Shown piece by piece: positions 52,449-64,000 of a stretch of DNA of 64,000 bases; within the stretch, counting starts at the first letter, position 1, and the number at the start of each line of letters is the position of its first letter. The notes beneath the pieces were generated by a model that saw only the letters and a program-made list of their open reading frames with translations, did no database searches and was not told the origin of the DNA. A program made the translations under genes and the position numbers. Origin of the DNA: the human T2T-CHM13v2.0 reference genome, Homo sapiens. The stretch lies in the NCBI RefSeq assembly GCF_009914755.1, contig NC_060926.1. One strand, 5' to 3'.

Positions 52449-53014
52449 CTATTAGGTCTTGTTAGCAATTTTGTTGTCAACTACCACCCTATCATTTGTG
52501 CACTGAGATACAGATACCAAGTAGAAGACTAGGTTTACATCTCTGCTAAATAATTTGCAGCCACTAGTCCAATTCACTTTCCTCAACATTACTAATGACG
52601 TAAATGTCATAAAACTGAGGTCTCTTGAGAATAATCAGAATTGTAAATGTTAAGCTCACATATATAAATGCTATATAGTATCTGGAGGGATGAAACAATT
52701 ATAAGGAAAAATATATTTAATTTCCCCCAAGTAAAAATGAAAGGAAGTGAAAATATGTAAAGGCTGTATTAAACAGTGATCTTATTTATCTCTGAAAATT
52801 GCAAAGACATTAATCATTTCTAATATTTAACCTGAATTTTGACATATTTTATCTATCTTAAGTCTAAGCACATTACACATTCCCAAGGACTACTCTATTC
52901 TCAATTTGTAAACCATGAAACTTCATTCAAATCTGAAAAGAACCTTTCAAAAGCTTAATTAGAATACACATTTGATTAAATCAATTAATTAACATGTAAT
53001 GTTTCCTTCCTTAC

Positions 53015-53055
53015 CTTTTTTCTCCTCTATGTTCAAATTTGACTCGGACATCATT
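53015..53055 (-). CDS. MAP3K2: MAP3K2 exon 4 (41 nt; NDVRVKFEHRGEKR, start of PB1 domain)
   Basis: CAG acceptor, GTAAG donor, in frame. Confidence 0.95.
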
Positions 53056-53611
53056 CTGTAATGAAATGACAAATCAGTCTTTCAGAGATTAGACAGATCA
53101 TTCAGAGATTAGATAAAATTTCTACAATTTCTAAATGATTTTGTTTTTTAGCCATTCATTTAAAATAGACCAGACGAGGAGGGAATTTTGAAGTTCTGTA
53201 CCAGCTCCAAACAATTGATAGTGTCTGCTAAAAAGTTGAGAATTATGTTGCTGAATCTGGGCTCAACAGGAAAGAACACCAAGATCTATTAGTGAAGGTA
53301 CCAGGAGTATGAGACATTTGCTGATCCTGTTATGGGAAATACAGAATATTATATTTTTATGTGTCATGCTGAGTATCCAAAACTAATTTCATTTATCAGA
53401 ATCAAAAACATCCTCATTTCTAAAAATCCAGAGTAGACTATTTGAAGAACAAAACAAAACACAATTTGCTTAAGTGCTTGAAAAATGGATGAAATGTCAG
53501 CTTTGGAGAACAGTTACCACATTAAATGAAATGCTACCTTATTTTTTCTGGGAAGGGGTCAACGTTGGCTGCAGAATGCTACAATTCTTTATGAACACAA
53601 ACTTAAAAAAA

Positions 53612-54055
53612 ATTTTTTTAACTTTTAAGTTCAGGGGTACATGAGCAGTTTTCTTATACAGGTAAACTCACGTCACGGGGAGTTGCTTGTAGATTATTTA
53701 GTCACTCAGGTATCAGGCCTAGTACCCATTAGTTATTTTTCCTGATCCTCTCCCTCCTCCTGCCCTCCACCCTCTCGCAGGCCCCAGTGTCTATTGCTCC
53801 CCTCTATGTCTCCATGTGTTCTCATTATTTACCCTCCACTTATAACTGAGAACATGTGGTATTTGGTTTTCTGTTCCTGCATTAGTTTGCTAAGGATAAT
53901 GGTCTCCAGTTCCATCCATGTTCCTGAAAGGACATGATTTTGTTATTTATTATGGCTGCACAGAATTCCATGGTGTATATGTACCACATTTTCTTTATCC
54001 AGTCTACCACTGATGGACACTGAAGTTGATTCCACGTCTTTGCTACTGTTAATAG
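53612..54055 (-). mobile_element. 5'-truncated primate L1 (old L1PA-like) 3' end
   Basis: ttcaggggtacatg...gagaacatgtggtatttggttttctgttcctgcattagtttgctaaggataatgg; TSD atgaacacaaact/atgaacacacact. Confidence 0.88.
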
Positions 54056-54208
54056 ATGAACACACACTCTTACACGAAAATGTGTAACAAACACTAACAA
54101 AATTCTTGATTCGAAAGTGTAAAAGCTGAACACATTAAACAAGTCCTCCATAAGATTAGGATATTAAAGGAAAGTAATTCATAAAAAAATACTTATTAAA
54201 ATAAATAC

Positions 54209-54327
54209 CTGTTTTTTTGGTGATGAAGATTTTGCTTTTCTGGTTTCCTGCAAGGATAATGCTGGTCGACTGGCCTTATGAAGGACAGCCAAATCTTGCA
54301 TGATTGAGTTCAAAGCTTGCTGATCAT
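54209..54327 (-). CDS. MAP3K2: MAP3K2 exon 3 (119 nt; DDQQALNSIMQDL...SSPKKQ)
   Basis: TAG acceptor, CAG|GTATT donor; MEKK2 N-terminus. Confidence 0.95.
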
Positions 54328-55653
54328 CTAGGTAGTTTTGAAACAACACATACATAGAATTGTAATTGTGACATATATATCAACATGTATAGACATCAAA
54401 CACAAAATTTAAAATAAAATTTGATGTAGAGAATGTATTAATGCAAAAATGCATCTAGAACATTTTTAATGCCTACACTTTTGGTAAAATAAAATTGCAC
54501 TAGACTTAATCTCTAGCATCAGTCCACACATGAGACACTAATGGACAAGATGAAGTCATTCTGATTCTTCCAATGATTTAATATCCTAGAATAAGGTCAA
54601 AACTGCCCTGTTATAACAAATTCTTTTCTATGACTCCTAAACAAAACATCAAGGTATCTAAAATGTTTTAAAAAGTAGGGAAAAAAAAATAAACAACTTT
54701 GTATAAATCTCATTACTTAGCATTTATATTCAAAGTACAGACTTAATTTTGGAAGGTTTTTTTATTCTTTCATCAATACTTAAGAGTCAGAAACAAAGAA
54801 AAGCTTCACCTGTGGATACTGGCCTACTGTATTTGGAAATGCTCTTTCAAACTTCTTCACCATAAGGTTTGACAAGACTAAAAACAGACTATTTAAAGAT
54901 CTTGGCCAGCAACAATGTAAGAAAATTCCTTTCCTTAGAAAAAGTACCAAGTCCATAAAACTGAGAGAAAGCATCATGAACATGAACTTTTAGACTCTTA
55001 TAAATATACCAAAGATTTCCTTCTGAGACTAAAACCATGTGCCTGCCAGTAATGCCAATTATAAGCTCTCCAGAAGACATCAGGGACAACTTAATTTATT
55101 TTCACTAGTAAATCAATTCTACTAATGATAATCACAAATGATAAATAAAGGAATCAAGAGACTTTACACTTTACATTTTAAAATGTAACCATTTTGGTGA
55201 GCAGTAACTTATGTTCTTGGAGTAGTAAAAATTAAAACATGCCATATCCTGTATGGGAAATCACTAAAAATATTCCAACAATTCAGTAGCCCTAATAGTC
55301 TCTCAAACACACAAACAGCTGACTTCTCTAATTTACTAATTTTTAATAACACTTAATATAGTCTATTTTGTAGTGAAATTATTTGCATATTAAAATTTAA
55401 AAGTAATGGTTGCCATGGTTTTATTGGTTTATTAATTTATTAATATTTCCAGGTTAAGAAAAAATTTTATAATCCTTCACCAAGGATTTTTTATAAAATA
55501 AAGTTTTATCATAATGTTAGTTTAGCCAAATAGGTAACCAAGCCACAGTCAGGTACAATATAATCACAATAGATGTACCCATCAATAAGCTCACAATGAT
55601 CTCAACTGGAATAAAAGCATTTGATGTGACCTTCTTTAAGAAGGTAAATCCTT

Positions 55654-57108
<1,455 letters not shown>

Positions 57109-57664
57109 CAATGGGTTTCTGACACATGTTGGAAGGACACTGAATTGAGCACAAAACCAAAAAATACTTGGAAAATAATTTTTTCAAAAATCTTTTATCA
57201 GAAATGTTGAATTAAATACCTTATATGCTTATTCATGATATTTGAAAAATAATTACAGAAGAACATCCTCAATCAAAAATTCAAACATCTGTCATGGTGT
57301 TCTGTGACTAACTTTGTATATGTTTTTAAGCAATGAATGTTGCCCTACTATAGAGCAGTATTATTTGAGGCTGACAAAAATAAATTTGATCGATACATAG
57401 AGTACAAGTGACAGCACCCAAAATAAAAAGTTGAAAGAAGTTCAGTAAAAGTACATCCAATTTGGAGCTGAAAGTAAGGCTGACTAGAGTGGAGAATTTG
57501 GGCTACAAGGGGGCACTGCTACTCATGACTACAGAAGAGGAAGTGGAAGAACAATTTTTAAAGTAGGGAGGTGAAGTCTAAGCTTACATACTTGCTACAA
57601 TGACACACAGTGAAAGTGTCCTAGCCCCCACTTTCATCACATGGGCAAATATAAGTTCTTCATG

Positions 57665-57667
<3 letters not shown>

Positions 57668-57707
<40 letters not shown>
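57668..57707. repeat. (GT)~20 microsatellite
   Basis: Direct reading. Confidence 0.95.
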
Positions 57708-57709
<2 letters not shown>

Positions 57710-58413
57710 TTGTTTTGTTAAGCAAGAAGTAGAAAATGTGTGATAAAGGCAAACTCTGGCAAGCAAATGTCAGAATTAAATCCCAGGATCAGTCTAAGTT
57801 TCAAAATTTAGCATCCAACTACTCAGTACCATTTTTCTTGATTTAGGATAGGGTGGGCCATTCGTGACTCCATTTCCTTCTAGTGTCTTCCTGTCTAACT
57901 AATTCCCTGCCTCATGCTGGAACCCTTAACACAAAGGAGAAAAGGAAAAAACAAAAAGGAGGTAAACAGGAAAACAAAATGATATGTAAACTGAACATAC
58001 ACAATCCATTCCCATACTTTAGTGTCTTTAAACTAACATTATACCACAATATACGACCAAGAGTTGTATAACATATTCTCCCTGAGCACCAATGATTTGC
58101 TGCTCTATGAATGATAAAATTAAATTTTATGATTTCTCTCTTGCCATCAGACTTTAAGCAAATCACAACACATCTTAACAGCTTATTTTGAATGTCCCTG
58201 CTGTTACGCATAAAATGATCATTCTAAAACTACAGCAACACAAAAAGTACTTTAATTCAAAGTCTATTAAGTAAATATAAAACATTTCATAAATCTGCTA
58301 TATCATAAAATTTATTTATAAAAAGGTTTATAATAACACATAATAGAGAAAGTTTTTTCACTTCCATTCTATCCTTTAATTATTGCTGAAAAATGCTTTT
58401 AGTTTGAACTCAC

Positions 58414-58482
58414 CCATTATGGCAAACAGCTCAACAATTTGAAAATTAGGAAAATGGTTCTCCCATCAGCATTCTTTATGGC
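58414..58482 (-). CDS. MAP3K2: MAP3K2 start-codon exon (exon 2): 65 nt of 5' UTR plus coding ATG G (58414-58417)
   Basis: CAG acceptor, ATGG|GTGAG donor; supplies the 4 nt needed to read MDDQQ into the next exon. Confidence 0.9.
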
Positions 58483-58613
58483 CTGAGAAGATAAAACAGA
58501 TCAGCATATTAATAAAAAGAAACAGAAAAGGAGCCAGGAAAAGAAAAAAAAAAGTCAGTTTAAATAATACTAATGAAAAATATACAATATGAATACTTTA
58601 CACATTTCGCTAG

Positions 58614-58861
58614 GGGGAGGTGTTTTATATTGAAGGTTGATCATGTAGGCACCCCCTTGCCTAACACATACCAAAATTCCAGACTCCCAGAAGAAAAGCA
58701 GGTATTCAGCATAAACCATAGTGTTTGTACAAACCATTATCAGTTGGAGGCAGGAACTCTCCTGAAATCCAAGTTCTCAGGTGTCAGCCAAAGGCTAACT
58801 CCTAAGCAGGCCTTCTACAAATCAGCAATCAGGCCCACTACATTAACTCTTTTTCTATATA
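58614..58861. mobile_element. MER21-like LTR fragment
   Basis: ccaaaattccagactcccagaagaaaagcaggtattcagcataaacc...ttaactctttttct resembles MER21B/C (from memory). Confidence 0.7.
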
Positions 58862-61800
58862 AACAGCAATAGGAAACTAATATGTTGGTTTAAAAAAAAA
58901 ACTGCATAACGCAATAATTATAACTGTGTTGCTGGGTATACAATATATAATAATATAATTCACATAATATTAACAGCACACAGGAAAGGGAAAGGATAGA
59001 GTTACATAAAAGAAAGGTGTTTATGACCAAGTGCAGTGGCTCATGCCATAATCCCAGCACTTTGGGAGGCCTAGGCAGGCGGATTGCTTGAGCCCAGGAG
59101 TTCGAGACCAGCCTGTCCAACACGGTGAAACCCCATCTATACAAAAAAATACAAAAATTAGCCGGGTGCAGTAGTGCATGCCTGTAGCTCCCAGCTACTT
59201 GGGAGGCTTGAGGTGGGAGGATCACTTGAGCCTGGGAGGTTGAGGTTGCAGTGAGCTGTGGCACTCCAGTCTGGGCGACACAGCGAGACTGCCTAGAAGA
59301 AAAAAAAAAGTGTTTGTATACCATTGCAATTAAGTTGATATTACCTCAAACTATGTTATTATAAGATGTTAACTGTAATCCCCAGGTCAACTAGAAAATA
59401 AGATGAAAAATATGAGTGCCAACATGACACTATGAATGGAAAATTCCACAAACCTGTCCTCATGTGATATGTCACAGTCAAAAGGCAGATGCACAACTCA
59501 GTTTATTCAGCATCCCCCAGGAGAAAAGAGACCCTACCAGCCCCTTCCACTGTAATATATCTTTTCCATGCATGCCCAAATTCCCCCATGCAAGAGGCCT
59601 ACAAGGGTAATAATAGAAACTTTGTTTCAGACACAAAATTATTTTAAAAATTGTTGGCTAGTACAGTGGCTCACACTTATAATACTAGCAATTTGGGGGG
59701 GCCAAGGTGGGAGGATCACGTGAGCCCAGGAGTTTGAGACCAGCCTGGGCAACATAGGGAGACTCCCATTTCCACCAAAAAAAAAAAAAAAAGATTTAAA
59801 AAAGAAAATGCCAGGTGTAGTGGTGCATGCCTGTAGTCCCAGCTAACTGGAAGGCTAAAGTGGGAAGACTGCTTGAGCCAGGGAGGTCAACGCTGCAGTG
59901 AACTATGATTGTACTCCAGCCTGTGTGACAGAGCAAGACCCTGTCTCGAAAACATTTAAAAAATTGTATAAAATTACCTTTAGCTATATGAATAAGATGT
60001 ATATGAAACATAAAAGAATTTCATGTTTAGACTTGGGTCCCTTTCCCAAGATACCTCACTATGTATATGCAAATATTACAAAACATGAAAAAAATCCAAA
60101 AAACTTCTGGTCCCAAACATTTTGACCCGAATATGTTGCCTACAACAGACACTTTTTTTGGGGGACAGGAGGAGGGTCTTGCTCTCTTTCCCAGGCTGAG
60201 GTGCACTGGCATGATCACAGCTCACTGCAGCCTTGATCTGCCAGGCTCAAGCAATCCTCCCACCTCAGCACCCCCGAGCAGATGGGACTACAGGTGCATG
60301 CTATCACACCCAGCTGATTTTTAAAAAAAGATTTTGTACAGATTACCCAGACTGGTCTCAAGCTCCTGGGCTAAAGTGATCCTCCCAGTTTGGCCTCCCT
60401 AAGTGCTGGGACTACGAACCACAACACCTGGTCCACATTTTAAATTCGAAGACAAAATAGGTTGACAGTAAAAGGATAGAAAAAGATATACTATGCAAAC
60501 AGTAGTCAAAACAGAACTGCAGTGGCTACACCACTATCAGGCAAAACAGACACAAAAATTGTTGTGACAAACAGCATTTTATAATGAAAGATAGCCAATA
60601 CATCAAAAAGATATAGCAATTATAAACTTATATGTACCTAACAACAGAATCGCAAAATACACAATGCAAAAAAGTATAAAATTCAAGGAAGAAACACAAT
60701 TCAAAAATAAAAGTTGGAGATTTCAATGCCCTGCGTTCAATAACGGATAAAATAAGTAGACAGAAAATCAATGAGGAAATACAAGACTTGTACAACACTA
60801 TAAACTACTAGGCTTAACAAACACCTACAGAATAATCAACCTCAAAACAGCAGAATATACACTCTTCTCAAATACATATAGGACATTTCCAAGACAGACC
60901 AAATATTAGGTAATAAAACAAATCTCAGTAACTACATGGATTGAAATCACACAAAGTGTGTTCTCTGACAAAAATGCAATAAAATTAGAAATTGGCAACA
61001 CAAGGATATCTGGAAAATTCACAAATATGTGAAAATTAAAAAACATAAAAATAATCAATGGGTCACTAGAAGGCATAAGGAAAATTAGAAAATACTTTGA
61101 GATAAAAATGAAAACACATCAAAACAAAATGTATTGGATGCATCTAAAGATAAAATTTATAACTGTAAATATTTACATTGACAAACAAGAAGGATGTCAA
61201 ATCAATAACCTAACCTTTGACCTTAAAATACTAGAAGATGAGGAACAATTTAAATCTGAAACAAGCTAAAGGAATAGGGAGTAGAAAATAAAAATACCAC
61301 TGAAATTTAAAAAAAAAATCAAGAAAACAAAAATTGGCCCTTTGAAAAGATCAACAAAACTAACAAACTTTTAGCTAATCAAAAAAAGAAGAGGGAAAAC
61401 ACAAATAACTAAATTCAAGAATTAAAAAGGGAGCAATTACACCAACCTTTCAGAAATAAAAAGGATAAGAGAATACTGTTAACAACTGTACATCAACAAA
61501 TTAGATGACTCAGATGACACAGACAAATTCCTAAAAAGAAACAAATTATCAAAATCGACTCATCAAGAAGAAATTAAGAATTTGAACAGACCTATAAAAA
61601 GTAAAAAGACTAAATTAGAAATGAAAAATTTCTCACAAATAAAAGCCCTGGACCAGATCACTTCAAACATTTACAGAATTTACAAAAACTGGTTTTAAAA
61701 AAAAAAAAAAAAAAAAAGAAGGAACACTTCCCAATTCATTGTGAAGCCAGTATTACTCCAATACCAAAACCAGACAAAGCCATCACAAGATGAGAAAACT

Positions 61801-64000
61801 AAAGATCAATATCTCATCAATACAGATGCAAAAATCCTCAATAAAATACTAGCAAACCTAACCTAGAACATTAAAAAACAAATTATATACCATGCACATT
61901 TGGGATATATCCAACAAAATCAAGGTTGGTTCAGCACATAAAATCCAATCAATGTAAAAAACCACATTAACAGAACAAAGAACAAAAACCAGGCAGGCAC
62001 AGTGGCTCATGCCTGTAATCCCAGCACTTATGGGAGGCTGAGGCAGGCGGATCACCTGAGGTCAGGAGTTCGAAATCAGCCTGGCCAACATGGCAAAACC
62101 CTGCCTCTACTAAAAATACAAAAATTAGCCAGGCATGGTGATGGGCACCTATAATCCCAGCTACTTGGGAGGCTGAGGCAGGTGACTCCCTTGAACCTGG
62201 GAGGCAGAGGTTGGCAGTGAGCAGAGATCATGCTGCACTGTACTCTAGCCCGCGCGACAGAGCGAGACTCTGTCTCAAGGAAAAAAAGAAAAAAAAGAAA
62301 AAAGAACAAAAACCAAATCATCTCAAAACATACAGAAAACACATGTGCCAAAATTCAACACCCTTTTATGCTCAAAAGATAACAAACAGAAGAGGACATA
62401 ATCAAGTTGATTATGGTGAAAAACTTCATGGTGAAAAACAGGATACATTCCCAGTAAGGCCAGGAATATGGGGATGTCCACTCTTGCCACACATCTATTT
62501 AATATTGTACTAGAGGTTCTAGTCAGAAGACGAGGCAAGAAAATGAAATAAACGGAATCCAGACTGGATAAGAAGTAAAACTATACCCATTTGCAAGTGA
62601 CATAATCTTAGATACAGGAAAACCTAAGAAACAAACAAAAACAGTATTAGAATCAATAAACACGTTCAGCACAGATGCAGGATACAAGGTCAACATTCAA
62701 AAATCAATTATATTTCTATACATTAGCAATAAACATTCTGGAAATAAAATTAAGAAATCAATTTCATTTACAATACCACCAAAAAAAATAAAGTACTTAG
62801 GAACATATTTAACAACAACAAAAAAATGCAGCTTGCACTCTAAAAACTACAAAACACTGTTGAAAGAAATTAAAGTAGACCTAAATATACAGAAAGACAT
62901 CCCATATTCATGAATGGGAAAACAATATTTTTAAGATAGCAATACTCCCAAAGTTATCTACAGATTCAATGAACTCTCTATCAAAATTCCAATGGCCTCT
63001 TTTAGCAGAAACGGAAAACTGATCCTTAAATTCATATGAAACTGCAATAGGCACTGAATAGCCACAACAATACTGAAAAAGAAAAATAAAGATGCTCAGT
63101 ATCATCTGTCATCAGGGAAATGCCAATAAAAATCAAAATGACATACTACCTCACATCCAGTAGGATGACTATAATCAAAAAGAAAGACAATGACAGGTGG
63201 TAATGAAGATGTGAAGAAATATGAGCCACTGTTTCCACTCCTATTGTATATACCCAAGAGAACTGAAAGCACACAACCACACAAAACCCTGTAAATTCAA
63301 TGCAGCACTATTTATAAGAACCCAAATGTCCATCAACTGATGAAGAGAGAAACATGTCCTATATCCATATGATGAAATATTATTGACCATGTGTGGTGGC
63401 TTACAGATTACATCTGTAATCCCAGCACTTTGGGAAGCTGAGATAATTGGATCACTTGAGGTCAGGAGTTTGAGACCAGTCTGTCCAATGTGATGAAACC
63501 CTATCTCTACTAAAAACACAAAAATTAGCTGGGCATGGTGGCAGGAGCCTGTAATCCCAGCTACTCAGGAGGCTGAGGCAGGAGAATTGCTTGAACATGG
63601 GAGGCAGATGTTGCAGTGAGCCCACATTACGCCACTACACTCCAGCCTGGACAACAGAGTGAGACTTCATCTCCAATAAATAAATAAACAAATAAATAAA
63701 ATTCAGTCATTAAAAAGAATAAAGTACCTATACATGCTCCAACATGGACAAATTTATGCTAAGTGGAATAAGCCAGATTTTTAAAAAGCCCCATATTCCA
63801 CTTACATGAAATGTCTAGAATAGCAAATCTACAGAGACTGAAAGTAGATTAGTGATTTCCTAAAGCCAGGGTATGGGAAATGGGGAATGACTGTGAATGA
63901 GTATGAAGTATCTTTTGGGGGATGAGGAAATGTTCTGGAGTGAGGCAGTGGTGATGGTTGCACAACTCTGTGAATAAATGAAAGATTACTGAATTGTAGT
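58862..64000 (+). mobile_element. Fragmented old L1M (ORF2 relics and 3' end), interrupted by Tigger4 and Alus (59025-59309, 60152-60433, 61994-62310, 63385-63700)
   Basis: ORF2 hallmarks aacagcagaatatacactcttctca and gatgcaaaaatcctcaataaaatactagcaaac; many stops and frameshifts. Confidence 0.85.
59412..60125 (+). mobile_element. Tigger4/Zombi-like DNA transposon with an AluJ (59656-59955) inserted
   Basis: ggaaaattccacaaacctgtcctcatgtga...tttagacttgggtccc...cttctggtcccaa. Confidence 0.72.

Noticed and set aside
60440-63130. L1 ORF2 (endonuclease/reverse transcriptase) as an intact or domesticated gene
   Set aside because: Full of stops, deletions and Alu insertions; no long plus-strand ORF

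Overview
Mammalian (recognisably human, ERCC3-MAP3K2 locus on chr2q14.3) genomic DNA with two tandem protein-coding genes, both on the minus strand. At 1.9-9.4 kb lie exons 1-8 and the CpG-island promoter of ERCC3 (XPB, TFIIH helicase); the rest of ERCC3 is beyond the window start. At 13.9-58.5 kb lie all 16 coding exons of MAP3K2 (MEKK2, 619 aa) and an ~8.9 kb Alu-free 3' UTR; its first exon/promoter is beyond the window end. All exon borders were checked by hand for splice dinucleotides and reading-frame continuity. The rest is ~40 Alus, old L1 pieces, MLT1/MLT2/MER21 LTR remnants, MER20/Tigger DNA transposons, a U6 retrocopy and microsatellites. Repeat subfamily names and borders come from remembered consensus sequences and are approximate. 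I see no convincing novel biological system. The best second-look items are a GC-AG intron and a 55-bp perfect duplication in ERCC3 intron 3, uORFs in both genes, an inverted ETS pair, a zero-spacer inverted Alu pair, an LTR element with mismatched LTRs, an 11-nt Alu stub with TSDs, and an intronic GC-box/CCAAT cluster.
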